A stretch of DNA of 64,000 bases from Candidatus Latescibacterota bacterium (lineage in GTDB: Bacteria; Krumholzibacteriota; Krumholzibacteriia; WVZY01; JAKEHA01). The position numbers were made by a program, and so were the translations under genes. Below are positions 40,827 to 52,272 of the stretch, piece after piece. Each line of letters opens with the position of its first letter. The first letter of the stretch is position 1. The notes below the pieces were generated by a model. That model worked only from the letters and a program-made list of their open reading frames with translations. It had not been told where the DNA came from and did no database searches. Location of the stretch: contig OY970173.1 of assembly GCA_963707635.1 (NCBI GenBank), positions 320,001 through 384,000 of the forward strand. Direction: 5' to 3'.

Positions 40827-43800
40827 CTACCCGCGCCGTAGCATCAGCGTCGCCTCCGTGCCGCGGCCGTCGGCGGCGTTCCTGACCGTCACGTCCCCTC
40901 CCATTTCGCGCGAGAGCGTGCGGCTGATGGCCAGCCCCAGTCCGGTGCCCGTGGTCTTGGTCGAGAAGTAGGGTTCGAACAGGCGCTGGGCCGCGTCTTC
41001 GCTCAACCCCGGGCCCGAGTCGTGGAACACGATGTGGACCACGCGCACGCCGTCTTCCTCGCCTTCCGCGCAGCGCACGCGCAGCTCGGCGCCGTTCTCG
41101 CCCATCGCCTCCATCGCATTCTCGATCAGGTTCGCGCAGATCTTTCGTACCGCCTCGGCGTCGGCCATGACGACCGCGTCCGACGCGCCGTTCTCGTAGC
41201 GAAGCTGGACCGCGGAGTTGTGTTCGTACGGAGCCAGGATGTGGCGCACCAGCGGGTCCACCGGGTGCGCGCGTATGTGGAGGCGCTGCATGCGGCCATA
41301 GCTCGAGAACTCGCCGGCGATGCGTTTGAGGACATCGACCTGCTGCAGGATGGCCTCCGTGCCTTCGCGGAACACGCGGTCGAACTCGGCCGGCTTCTGC
41401 TCGTACGCGCGCCGCATGAACTGCGTCGAGAGGCGAATCGGCGTGAGCGGGTTCTTGATCTCGTGCGCGATCTGCCGCGCCATCTCGACCCACGCGGAGA
41501 GTTTCTTCGACTCGATCAGCTCGGTCACGTCCTCGAACACCAGCACGGTGCCGAAATGGCGCCCTTCCGCCTCGAGGCGGGTGCGCATGTACTTGACCGT
41601 CGCGCGCTTCTCGACTCCCTGGATCCCGAGCTCGCCGGAGCTGAAGGCCGGCGGCGTGCCGCCGCCGGGCCCGCCGTCCGAAACCAGCAGCGCGAAGATC
41701 GCCGGCGCGTGCGCCCCCCCGGTCAACTCGACGGCGGTGCGTCCCACCAGGGCGGTGGACGTCGCGCCGACGATCCGCTCGGCGGCGGCGTTCACGGTGC
41801 GCACACGGCCCTCCGCGTCGGTGCTGACCACGCCGGCACCGATATTCTCCAGAATCGCTTCGAGGTAGCGCCGGCGCTCTTCGAGCGCGCGCTGCGATCC
41901 GGCGATCTTCTCGGTCATCTCGTTGAAGGCGCTCACGACGATGCCGATCTCATCCGAACGGCGCTCGGGCAGGCGCACGTCGAAGTCGCCGCGGCTGACC
42001 CGGCGCGTCCCGGCCACGAGGCCGCGGAGCGGTTCGAACACGCCGCGCGCCACCACCAGCCCGAGCGCGATCGTCGCCGCCAGGAGCAGCGCGAACACCC
42101 CGAGCACGACCGACGTAGCGCGCTGCACTTCGAGCGAATACGACTCCGGGCGAAACAGGAGCGGGACGCCCATGGCCGCGCGCGTGGCGGCAGGACCCCA
42201 CGAGGCGGCGGCCGCCGCGTCGCCGGGCGCGGTCGCGGAGTCGGCGCGCACCCAGCGGTCGATCGGGAGGTACGCCACCTGAAAATCGTATGAACCGGCG
42301 CGCTCGGTGGTGAGCATGCGGTCCGACCCCAGCATCGACACCTCGACGAACGCCGAGGCGTTCATGCTCGAGCTGATGAACCCGCCCGCGAGCAGCCCTT
42401 CGCGGCTCGACGCGACCAGCTGCCCGTCCGCGTAGACGTTCACGTCCGCCCCCACCTGCTCGGCGATTTCGACCAGGAGGTCCCCGTCGATCGGGCGCGC
42501 GTAGTAGAGGTAGTAGCTCCCGATCCACGCGTCGCCCGCCACCTTGAGCGGCGCGCTGAACACGCCGATGTAACGCCGCCCGTTCACGTCGGCGACGACC
42601 AGGTCTTCGGTCGACGCGCCGGTGACGGCCCCGGCCACCGGAAGGCCGGGCACGTCGTCGGGCATCGCGGAGTCGTCGAAGAGCATCGCGACGCGATCAC
42701 CGCCGAGGTCGTGCACCGCGGGGGCTTTGGGATTGAACACCTCGGAGAGGTCCGTCCGACCCAGGAAGAACTGCAATTCGCCGTGGAGCAGATTGACGAA
42801 CGCCTTGCGCGCGCTCGACGCCTTGTACGAGGCCTCGCTGCGGCTCTCTTCGACAAAGCGGTCCTTGATGAAGTTCGCGGAAAACACGCCAAGGATCACC
42901 GCCGGCACCAGCGCCACCACCAGAAACGAGGCCAGCAGCTTCTGCTGGAACCCGAGCCGCCGGGGCGTGAGCGTCGGCAGCACGCCGCCCAGACGCGGCG
43001 CCGCGCCCAGAGCGACCACCAGCGCGATCAGCGCGATGGCGAAGAACAAATAGAGCGAGAGCAGCGTCGACCAGCGCAGCACGTGACGCCACGGGGACGG
43101 CACCAGGAAACCCGCGAGCAGCGTTTCGCCGGTTTCCGGGATCCTGACCGCCAGCACGCGGTACGTGCTCCCGCCGGAGCGCACGTTCGGCCACGCCTGC
43201 GCCATCGCGCGATCGATGGTCGCGCCGTCCACTTGCGTTCCCACCGAGAACCGCTCGGACGACGACTCGGTGATCCGGTGGTCGGGGTCGACGCGCGCGA
43301 GCAGGAGCGCCTCCGGTTCTTCCACGCGCGGCGCCACTCCGCCTTCCTGCACGTTGCGCAGCACTTCCGGCGTGCGCGGCCCGGTGCGCGCGGCCAGCTC
43401 GAGGCTTTCGAAGAAGAAGGGAACGTCGATGATCACCTTGCCCAGGAGGCGCGACGGCGCCCGCTCGTCTTCGTAGGCGCTGCCCTCGTCGATGTTGAGG
43501 ATGCCGCGGTAGAAGCGAACCACGCCTTGCGGCGTGCTGCGCGTGAGGTCGAGGACCGCCCACTGGTTGCCATCGGGCGTGTCGGTGCGTTCGCCGCCCT
43601 CGTCGATGCGCGCGCGGTAGGGCATGTCGACGGAGAACTCGCTCACCAGGCCGTCGTCGGCATTCACCACGTGAATCGCGCAGCTGTAGCCGAGGAGGCT
43701 CAAGGGACTCTCCGCCCACAGGTCGAACGCGAGCCGTTCGATGTCCTGCGACGACGGGGTGCGGATCGCCTGCTGGATCTCGGGGCGCTCCGCGTAGTCG

Positions 43801-45872
43801 CCGAGCACGTCCTCCAGAATGACGACCTTCCAGTTGTCGGCGGGATTGGTGACCTCGTTCGACTTCTCCAGCACGAAGCCCTTGCGAAGCTCGTCGTAGT
43901 CGTGCCCGAGATAGATGTACGCGGTCGCGGACGACACGATCACGAGGCAGAACGCGGCGATACCCACGCTCACCAGGTCCTCGCGGTGGGCGATGCGCGG
44001 GGCGAAGACGACGAACAGCATGACCAGCGCCGAAAGCAACGCCGGCTCCCAGCGGCGCTCGAGCGCGCACACGCCGACGACCAGCACCCAGCCAATCACG
44101 GAAACCACGGCCGGCCGGCGCTCGCCGGCCGCGCGGAACAGCCCCCACAGGAGAAACATGCCCGCGAGCAGCATGCCGGTGATCACGAGAAAGATGCCGA
44201 TGTGGAGGGCGACGACGCCGACGTCGGTCACCGCCATGGTCTCGCCGAGCAGGCGCGGATTCGCGTTCACGACCACCGTGGAGCTGAACCGGCGCGCCAG
44301 CTCGAACACGACCACGTTGACGCACGCGACCGCCATGCTTCCCGCCACGATCCAGCGGCCGCCGGGGCGGCGATCCGGCGCGGGCGCATCGGCCCCGTCG
44401 GCGCTGCGCGCAATGCGCACCAACCCGTAGACCATTGCCACGAAGAACAGCGCCGTCAGGATGAGGTCGAACGCGTTGCGCATCAGCCCGCCGAGGGCCG
44501 GGGTCGCAAACACCGACGGGTCGAACAGCGTGGAGTGTATCCACCGCGAGCCGGGGGCGAAGGCGAGCAGCCCGTAGCGGAGTGCGATCATGAACGCCGC
44601 GAACAGCGCCGCGCGCGTCGCGACCTGCCTCGGCTCGCGGCCGCCCCCGACCCACGCCGCGCCCTGCGCGAACAGCGCGACCAACGCCATGATCGCCAGT
44701 CCCTTCCCCCACCCCGAGCGGCGCGCCGCCCGTTGTTCCAGCACGTGCGTGAACGGTTCGCTCACGGCGGTCACGTGGAGCAGAGGATTGCCCGCGCGGC
44801 TTCGGATCAACACCGCGCCCGTGAGGCCCGACTCCTCGTCGCCCTCGACGTCGCCGACCGCCTCCGCGTTGGACGAAAACGGAAAGTAGCTCAACACCGA
44901 GTCTTCCCACCCGGGCGCCGCGCCGGTCGAATCCCCCGACGCCGGGGCTCGCTTGCGCGCGCCCGCCAGCGCGATCATCCGGTCGCGGCTCGCTTTCACT
45001 TCCGCCTGCTGGGCCCGAAAACGCGGGAGCCGGTCCGGGAGGTTCCCGGTCGGGGGAAAATAGTCGAAGGAGACGCGGGCGGCGACGTCGCGCGGGATCT
45101 CATCGGCCAGGCTGGCGCTCTTCAGGAAGCGATTGTTGACGCGATAGTCCACCTCGAGGGGAATGTCGACCAGCAGCGTGGCCACGCGTTCGCCCGTCGA
45201 CGTGCTGCACGGCGCCGCGTGCGAAAGGATGTGGTAGAGCGAGGCCGCGCGGGTGTAGACCAGCTCGGCGCCGCTCCCCAGAAACACCTGGTCGAGCAAC
45301 GACACCGGCTGCGGCCAGCCCGCCCACGCGACGCGCTCGCCGTGCGCATCGAAGAGTTGGAGCCCAATCACTGTCCCCGAGGTCAACGCCTTGCTCTTCG
45401 ACGTGGCGCGAGCGAGCGAATCGAGCAGCGCAAACGCGGCGGTGCGGCCCGCGGGCGACGACACCGCCGCCGGCGTCGAGGCGACGTACGTCCGCACCCG
45501 CGCCGCGAGCCCCGACGACACGTCTTCGAGCCGCCCCACCTCGTTGCCCACCGCGTCCACGGTCTCCGCGAGGCGCCGCGACGCGTCGCGCCGCCATTGC
45601 TTCGAATCCGCCGACGTCTCGGCCGGCACGAGGTGGAGGAGTGCAAAGGAGCCCGACGCCAGCACGATCGCCGCCCACAGTCCGGCGTTGCGCGCGGAGC
45701 GCGGGCGGGTGGCGAACGCGGCCAGCGCCGCGAGCGCGAGCAATGCCGCCACCGACCAGGCCGGCAGCCGCTGTGCCCACGCCGCGGTCGCGAGGTCGTG
45801 GACGAACAACCCGCCCAGCGCCAGGGCCAGGGCCGTGGTCGCAATCAGCAACTTGAAAGGAGAAGCTCGCAT
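40827..45872 (-). CDS. Very large multi-TM NtrY-like sensor histidine kinase (HAMP-PAS-HisKA-HATPase)
   Basis: HAMP (DEIGIVVSAFNEM), PAS, AWVEMARQIAHEIKNPLTPIRLS, NLIENAMEA, FEPYFSTKTTGTGLGL. Confidence 0.92.
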   Translation of the reverse strand: MRASPFKLLIATTALALALGGLFVHDLATAAWAQRLPAWSVAALLALAALAAFATRPRSARNAGLWAAIVLASGSFALLHLVPAETSADSKQWRRDASRRLAETVDAVGNEVGRLEDVSSGLAARVRTYVASTPAAVSSPAGRTAAFALLDSLARATSKSKALTSGTVIGLQLFDAHGERVAWAGWPQPVSLLDQVFLGSGAELVYTRAASLYHILSHAAPCSTSTGERVATLLVDIPLEVDYRVNNRFLKSASLADEIPRDVAARVSFDYFPPTGNLPDRLPRFRAQQAEVKASRDRMIALAGARKRAPASGDSTGAAPGWEDSVLSYFPFSSNAEAVGDVEGDEESGLTGAVLIRSRAGNPLLHVTAVSEPFTHVLEQRAARRSGWGKGLAIMALVALFAQGAAWVGGGREPRQVATRAALFAAFMIALRYGLLAFAPGSRWIHSTLFDPSVFATPALGGLMRNAFDLILTALFFVAMVYGLVRIARSADGADAPAPDRRPGGRWIVAGSMAVACVNVVVFELARRFSSTVVVNANPRLLGETMAVTDVGVVALHIGIFLVITGMLLAGMFLLWGLFRAAGERRPAVVSVIGWVLVVGVCALERRWEPALLSALVMLFVVFAPRIAHREDLVSVGIAAFCLVIVSSATAYIYLGHDYDELRKGFVLEKSNEVTNPADNWKVVILEDVLGDYAERPEIQQAIRTPSSQDIERLAFDLWAESPLSLLGYSCAIHVVNADDGLVSEFSVDMPYRARIDEGGERTDTPDGNQWAVLDLTRSTPQGVVRFYRGILNIDEGSAYEDERAPSRLLGKVIIDVPFFFESLELAARTGPRTPEVLRNVQEGGVAPRVEEPEALLLARVDPDHRITESSSERFSVGTQVDGATIDRAMAQAWPNVRSGGSTYRVLAVRIPETGETLLAGFLVPSPWRHVLRWSTLLSLYLFFAIALIALVVALGAAPRLGGVLPTLTPRRLGFQQKLLASFLVVALVPAVILGVFSANFIKDRFVEESRSEASYKASSARKAFVNLLHGELQFFLGRTDLSEVFNPKAPAVHDLGGDRVAMLFDDSAMPDDVPGLPVAGAVTGASTEDLVVADVNGRRYIGVFSAPLKVAGDAWIGSYYLYYARPIDGDLLVEIAEQVGADVNVYADGQLVASSREGLLAGGFISSSMNASAFVEVSMLGSDRMLTTERAGSYDFQVAYLPIDRWVRADSATAPGDAAAAASWGPAATRAAMGVPLLFRPESYSLEVQRATSVVLGVFALLLAATIALGLVVARGVFEPLRGLVAGTRRVSRGDFDVRLPERRSDEIGIVVSAFNEMTEKIAGSQRALEERRRYLEAILENIGAGVVSTDAEGRVRTVNAAAERIVGATSTALVGRTAVELTGGAHAPAIFALLVSDGGPGGGTPPAFSSGELGIQGVEKRATVKYMRTRLEAEGRHFGTVLVFEDVTELIESKKLSAWVEMARQIAHEIKNPLTPIRLSTQFMRRAYEQKPAEFDRVFREGTEAILQQVDVLKRIAGEFSSYGRMQRLHIRAHPVDPLVRHILAPYEHNSAVQLRYENGASDAVVMADAEAVRKICANLIENAMEAMGENGAELRVRCAEGEEDGVRVVHIVFHDSGPGLSEDAAQRLFEPYFSTKTTGTGLGLAISRTLSREMGGDVTVRNAADGRGTEATLMLRRG

Positions 45873-45943
45873 CGTCGGTCAACCGTGGGCGATCCCGCAC
45901 CGGAGCATAGCTTACGGCTGCGGTGGAGTCGAGCGAGGCACGC

Positions 45944-46501
45944 TCAACGGATCGACTTGATCTCGTCGACTACCCAGCGCTCCTGGTCGTCGTCGTGCTC
46001 GAGATGGAGGGACACGTACACCTTTTCGGTGAACAGCCGGCCGTCGTCGGTCTTTCGATACTGGCGTTCCGCGATCGCGAAGGTGTCGCGGCCCTCGTCG
46101 CCCGGCTTGCGGTACTGCACGAACTCGAACTTCTTGGTGGCGGTGTAGCGGAAGAGATCCTTGAGGAGGTAGTAGCTCTGGTTGCGGGAAAAGGTTCCCC
46201 CCGACGGTCCGGTGCCGCTGATCGAGATCGCGACCTTCTGCGACCCGAAGTGGCGGAGAATGAGGTCGACATTACGTGTGTTCCAGCCGCGCTCGATGTC
46301 CGCGAAGACGTCCATCGGTCCCCCCGACGGCGGCGGTTCCTTCTGGGCGACGACGCCGGTGGGCTCCGGCGTCTGCGCCACCACCTCGCCGTGCCCGGCC
46401 TTCGCCGGGCGGGCCGCGGCGCCGGCGAGCCCCCCCCCGAAGACCACGAGTGAGCCCGCCAGCACGAGCATCGAAACAACTATGCGAGGGCCGGTGGCCA
46501 T
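45944..46501 (-). CDS. Exported DUF4783/NTF2-like protein
   Basis: Signal peptide; IERGW...ILRHFG..KVAISI...GTFSRNQSYYLLKDLF...WVVDEI pattern. Confidence 0.65.
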   Translation of the reverse strand: MATGPRIVVSMLVLAGSLVVFGGGLAGAAARPAKAGHGEVVAQTPEPTGVVAQKEPPPSGGPMDVFADIERGWNTRNVDLILRHFGSQKVAISISGTGPSGGTFSRNQSYYLLKDLFRYTATKKFEFVQYRKPGDEGRDTFAIAERQYRKTDDGRLFTEKVYVSLHLEHDDDQERWVVDEIKSIR

Positions 46502-46525
46502 AATAGAAGGAAATCATCGGAATAG

Positions 46526-46542
46526 AGCAAGCCACGTGCCCC
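46526..46542 (-). promoter_or_regulatory. Candidate sigma54 promoter for the DUF4783-like gene and kinase
   Basis: Minus strand GGGGCACG-TGGC-TTGCT, 25 nt upstream of the ATG. Confidence 0.5.
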
Positions 46543-46647
46543 GTGGCTTACTTGCTAAACGGCAAATGGTTACGTGAGTCGGCCCGAAGCAACATGTGGC
46601 CGGATCAGGACAGCGGTGTCTCTCGAGGAGGACGAACGCAGCAAGCG

Positions 46648-46742
46648 GGCGGGGGCGCAGGTCCCTCCGGAGCGAATCCGCAGCGCGCTTTCAACAGTCG
46701 CGCGCGAGGACCTGAGCGAGGGAGGGAGCCTGCGCCCCCGTC
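46648..46742 (-). repeat. Dispersed structured palindromic element, copy C (inverted)
   Basis: Minus strand gggggcgcagg-c-tccctcc / ggaggga-cctgcgccccc around core ctcgctcaggtcctcgcgcgcgactgttgaaagcgcgctgcggattcgctcc. Confidence 0.88.
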
Positions 46743-46748
46743 ATGTCT

Positions 46749-47648
46749 CTACTTCTGCTTGAGCGGACGCCAGTGGTGCCACTCGACCACCACCGGCGCC
46801 GCGATGAAGATCGACGAGTAGGTGCCGATGACGATGCCCACGAACAGCGTGAGCGCGAAGTCCTTGATCACCTCGCCGCCGAGGAACAGGAGGCTCAAAA
46901 GCACGAGCAGCGTCGTCGTCCCGGTGATGACCGTGCGCGAGAGCGTCTCGTTGATCGAGGTGTTCACGAGGATATCGAAGTTCTCCCGCCGACGAAAGTG
47001 GAGGTTCTCACGAATGCGGTCGAAAACCACCACGGTGTCGTTGAGCGAGTAGCCGACGATCGTTAGCACTGCCGCCAGCACGCCGAGCGACATCTCCATG
47101 TTGATGAAGGAGAAAAATGCGAGGGTCAACATGACGTCGTGCGCGGTCGCGATGATCGATGCCACCGCGAAACGAAAATCGAACCGCCATCCGACATAAA
47201 TGAGAATCCCGACGAACGAGTAGATGATCGCCCACAAGGCGTTCTTGCGCAGCTCCGCGCCGATGCGCGGGCCGACCGTCTCGCGGCGCCGCAGCTCCAC
47301 GGTATGACCGGCCGCGCCGGTGCGAATGGCCGCCACGATCTGCTTGGCGGTGCTATCCGCGTTGGCGATGCTCTTCACCTTGATGAGGTATTCGTTCTCG
47401 GCCCCGAACCGGGTGATTTCCGCTCCCTCGAAACCAGCGTTGCCTATGATGGTCCGGACGTCCTGCAGCGGAATCGCCGGCTCGGTCTTGACCTCCACCA
47501 GCGCTCCGCCGGCGAAGTCGATCGAGAGCTTGAGGCCGCGATGGAGCGCGATCGAAACGGCACCCGCGAGAATCACCAGCGCGCTGGCGATCAGCGTGGT
47601 CCGCCGGAAGGAGACAAAGTTGATATTGGGTGTCTTGAAAAACTTCAT
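46749..47648 (-). CDS. secF: Protein translocase subunit SecF
   Basis: IDFAGG, VGPRIGAEL, HDV, GYSLNDTVVVFDRIREN, TLSRT, GTYSSIFIA. Confidence 0.97.
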   Translation of the reverse strand: MKFFKTPNINFVSFRRTTLIASALVILAGAVSIALHRGLKLSIDFAGGALVEVKTEPAIPLQDVRTIIGNAGFEGAEITRFGAENEYLIKVKSIANADSTAKQIVAAIRTGAAGHTVELRRRETVGPRIGAELRKNALWAIIYSFVGILIYVGWRFDFRFAVASIIATAHDVMLTLAFFSFINMEMSLGVLAAVLTIVGYSLNDTVVVFDRIRENLHFRRRENFDILVNTSINETLSRTVITGTTTLLVLLSLLFLGGEVIKDFALTLFVGIVIGTYSSIFIAAPVVVEWHHWRPLKQK

Positions 47649-47662
47649 GTCCTTCTCCTCGC

Positions 47663-49349
<1,687 letters not shown>

Positions 49350-49478
49350 TCAAAACCTCTGATCCATAGAATCGGGCAGACGCTCGCCCTCCCAGTGGTC
49401 GTTCCGGATAATCTGGCGAATGATGTTCTCGCCGGGGAGCCTCTTCAAAGAGGGCGGTTTGGCCGGAAATAAGGTGCG

Positions 49479-49506
49479 ATTATACACGACGGCGGGCACC
49501 CGTCAA
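49479..49506 (-). promoter_or_regulatory. sigma70-type promoter for secDF
   Basis: Minus strand TTGACG-N16-TATAAT. Confidence 0.65.
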
Positions 49507-49545
49507 CCGCCAACTTCCAGAGGGGTTACCGCCCGGATCGTAGCG

Positions 49546-50274
49546 TCAGATCCGCCCCAGCAGGTGCAGCATGTCGCGGATGGCGCGGTCGAGTCCCACG
49601 AACAGGGCCCGCGCGACGATGGCGTGCCCGATGTTCACTTCCTCGAGGTGGGGCACCTCGAGCATGCGGGTCACGTTGTGGTAGTTGAGCCCGTGGCCGG
49701 CGTGCACGCGCATCCCCAGGTGGCGAATCGCCGCGGCCGCTTCGTTGACGCGCTTGAGCTCACCGTCGACGCGGTGGCGGGTGGCGTTTGCGTAGGCGCC
49801 GGTGTGGATCTCGACCGCGTCGAAGCGAAACCGCGCCGCTTCCTGGATCTGCGCCAGATCGGGGGTGAGAAAGGCGGTCACTTCGATATCCGCTTCCTTG
49901 AGCGTGGCCACCATCTCGCCCAGGCTCGGCGGCGCGTCGGCGAGATTCAGCCCGCCCTCGGTGGTGACCTCCTCGCGCCGCTCGGGCACGATGCAGACCG
50001 CGTCGGGCCGGATCGCCAGCGCGATCTCCAGCATCTCCGCGGCGGCGGCCATCTCCAGATTGAGCGAGGACTTCACGACTTCGCGGATCATGCGCACGTC
50101 GCGGTTCTGGATGTGGCGGCGGTCTTCGCGCAGGTGCACCGTGATCTGGTCCGCGCCCGCCGTCTCGGCCGCGATCGCCGCCGCGACCGGGTCGGGCTCG
50201 TAGGTCTTGCGCGCCTCGCGCAGCGTCGCGACGTGGTCGATGTTCACTCCGAGTCGGATGGTCGCCTTGTCCAT
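49546..50274 (-). CDS. pdxJ: Pyridoxine 5'-phosphate synthase
   Basis: LGVNIDHVATLREAR, ITVHLREDRRHI, LNLEMA, EVTTEGGL, EIHTG, HAGHGL, EVNIGHAIV. Confidence 0.98.
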   Translation of the reverse strand: MDKATIRLGVNIDHVATLREARKTYEPDPVAAAIAAETAGADQITVHLREDRRHIQNRDVRMIREVVKSSLNLEMAAAAEMLEIALAIRPDAVCIVPERREEVTTEGGLNLADAPPSLGEMVATLKEADIEVTAFLTPDLAQIQEAARFRFDAVEIHTGAYANATRHRVDGELKRVNEAAAAIRHLGMRVHAGHGLNYHNVTRMLEVPHLEEVNIGHAIVARALFVGLDRAIRDMLHLLGRI

Positions 50275-50300
50275 GGTGTCTCCGTTGTAGCAGAGGTCCT

Positions 50301-51548
50301 CTAGCGCGTGTGCGTGCGCGTGCGCGTGCTGTCGTGCGACGCCACGTGCACGATGTCGCACACCGTGACCAGCTCGACGCCCGCGGTCTCGAGATAGTCC
50401 AGGTTGTCGCGGAGCGCTTCGAACGTCCACGGGTGCGGGTGGCCGATGCCGATCGCGTGGCCGCGGGTGCGCGCGGTCTCGACCAGGGTGTGCAGCCGCG
50501 AGGCGACGTCGTCCTGGCGGTCGGTGTGGTCGTCGAGAAACATGGTGTTCGACGCCGCGCGAAGCCCCGCCGCGACCGCCGTATTATAGGCGACGGATTT
50601 CGGCGAAGTCAAAGAATCGAGGAAGAAAAGGCCTCTCCCTTCGAGCGCGCCCATCACCGCCCCCATCACGCGCGCGTCGGCGGTGGCGACGGATCCCATG
50701 TGGTTGTTGACCCCGTCGACGCCGGGAAGGCTCTCCAGGTAGGCCCGGACGAACGAGGCGATCTCGTCGTCGCTCATCGTGTTGGTGATGGGCTCGACGT
50801 CGTTGTTGCGCGGGTCCGAGCCCTCCATCGGAAGGTGGAGCAGCACGCAGCGGTGGGATTTCTTCGCCAGGGCGAGGACGTCGTGCGAGTGACGGAGTCC
50901 GGGAAGGATGGCGACCGTGAGCGGCATGTCGAGGTCCAGCACCTCGCGCGGGATGCCGCCGTCGGAGTAGCCGAAGTCGTCGATCACGATGGCGACTTTG
51001 GGCAGACGCTCGGTGGGCGGAATGGCCGCCTGCAACTCCGACGCCGAGAGGCGGCGCAACGTGAGCCGGTGCGTGTCCGTTGTATGAGTGCCGACCTGGA
51101 ACACCAACGTACGCCCATGGTCGAACTGCTCGCTCTCGCGAACTTCGGCGCCGAGCGCCTCAATCGCTTCGGTCAACGAGACGTTGACGCGGAGAAAGTC
51201 CGTGGAGTCGTCGCAGGCAATGCTCCACTCGATGGGCGTGCCGGGCGGTCGTGACGATGAGGGGACGGCGGCGCCTTCGGCGCGGATGCGCTTTCGAAGT
51301 CCGTGCGCCTCGAGCGCGCGCTTGAGCGCGATCCCAACTTCGCGCTGGACGCGCGCGTACGGCTCCTCGAACCCGTGGTCGACCAGGAAGACCCCGCCGC
51401 GTGTGCTCTGGAGAAACTTGACCCCGGCCGCACCTCCCACCCCGAGGAGGATCATCGATACGATCAGCAGCTTGACCGACCGCGGCACGCGGGAGGGTTT
51501 CTCGTCGGTGGTCCGGGACCTGGACCTGGGTTTGTTCTTGGGCGGCAT
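50301..51548 (-). CDS. Divergent polysaccharide deacetylase family protein (YibQ-like), membrane anchored
   Basis: VAIVIDDFG, LLHLPME, GVNNHMGS, FFLDSLT, FLD, AIGIGHP. Confidence 0.92.
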   Translation of the reverse strand: MPPKNKPRSRSRTTDEKPSRVPRSVKLLIVSMILLGVGGAAGVKFLQSTRGGVFLVDHGFEEPYARVQREVGIALKRALEAHGLRKRIRAEGAAVPSSSRPPGTPIEWSIACDDSTDFLRVNVSLTEAIEALGAEVRESEQFDHGRTLVFQVGTHTTDTHRLTLRRLSASELQAAIPPTERLPKVAIVIDDFGYSDGGIPREVLDLDMPLTVAILPGLRHSHDVLALAKKSHRCVLLHLPMEGSDPRNNDVEPITNTMSDDEIASFVRAYLESLPGVDGVNNHMGSVATADARVMGAVMGALEGRGLFFLDSLTSPKSVAYNTAVAAGLRAASNTMFLDDHTDRQDDVASRLHTLVETARTRGHAIGIGHPHPWTFEALRDNLDYLETAGVELVTVCDIVHVASHDSTRTRTHTR

Positions 51549-51572
51549 GAGGGGCTTTTCGTTCGCCGCGCG

Positions 51573-51602
51573 AGGCTAGCGGGCGCAGTGCGCGGGTGTC
51601 AA
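51573..51602 (-). promoter_or_regulatory. Possible sigma70-type promoter for the deacetylase-pdxJ genes
   Basis: Minus strand TTGACA-N18-TAGCCT. Confidence 0.45.
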
Positions 51603-51616
51603 GGCGAGGAAGGCGC

Positions 51617-52261
51617 CTACAGGTACAGTGACTTGATGCCACCCCAGGTCGGACCCGGCACGTCGTTGGCTGCTTTGGCCGACGTGTATCCCAGATCCCG
51701 CCACTCCACCAGACGCCATTGTGGCGCGTCGTCGGTTCCGACATTGCGCACCGTGAACTGCGTCTGCGAGCCTGGCACAGCGATGTACGTCATGTCCGGC
51801 ACCATCTCGAAGGTGAACTCATAGTAGACCGTGGTCGTGTACCATTTCTCGCCGGGGAAGTTGAGGGGCTCCACCTCGACCCACACCACACCGCTCTCGA
51901 ACTTCAGGTCCATGCGAATCGAGCGACAGGTGGGATAGGGCGGCTGATTGAGGCTCTTGTCGAACAGCATGGACGCCATGCGCAACTCGTCGGCGCGGCC
52001 CCATTGAGCGGGGATGCTCCCGCCGACGTCTCCCGGCGAAAAGAAGAAGGTGAAGTTAGGATCCAGGAGCTCGTCATACGGGGAATACTGCTGGAGCGTG
52101 TACGACAGCTCGAGATTATTCAGGACATGTTCGCGCGTGGTGAGTGGTTGGATCTTCTTTCCAGGCGGCGGACACGGGTCGCACCCGCCGACCACTTCTT
52201 CATCTCCGCAGGCCGGAAGGAGCGCAATGGCGACGAGCAACGAAACCAGGACAGTTCTCAC
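51617..52261 (-). CDS. Lipoprotein, tandem array member 3 (one domain plus TWGGIKSLY tail)
   Basis: GTG start; LLPA-C lipobox; domain LNNLELSY...FTFFFSPGDVGG...SIRMDLKFESGV...WRLVEWRDL. Confidence 0.85.
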   Translation of the reverse strand: MRTVLVSLLVAIALLPACGDEEVVGGCDPCPPPGKKIQPLTTREHVLNNLELSYTLQQYSPYDELLDPNFTFFFSPGDVGGSIPAQWGRADELRMASMLFDKSLNQPPYPTCRSIRMDLKFESGVVWVEVEPLNFPGEKWYTTTVYYEFTFEMVPDMTYIAVPGSQTQFTVRNVGTDDAPQWRLVEWRDLGYTSAKAANDVPGPTWGGIKSLYL

Positions 52262-52272
52262 GTTGCATCCCC

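Noticed and set aside
42711..46148. 1145-aa plus-strand ORF
   Set aside because: Antisense shadow of the NtrY-like kinase; Arg/Ala-rich with no motifs, as expected from high-GC codon bias.
50304..50330. Short gcgt tandem repeat
   Set aside because: Simply encodes the low-complexity TRTRTHTR tail of the deacetylase.
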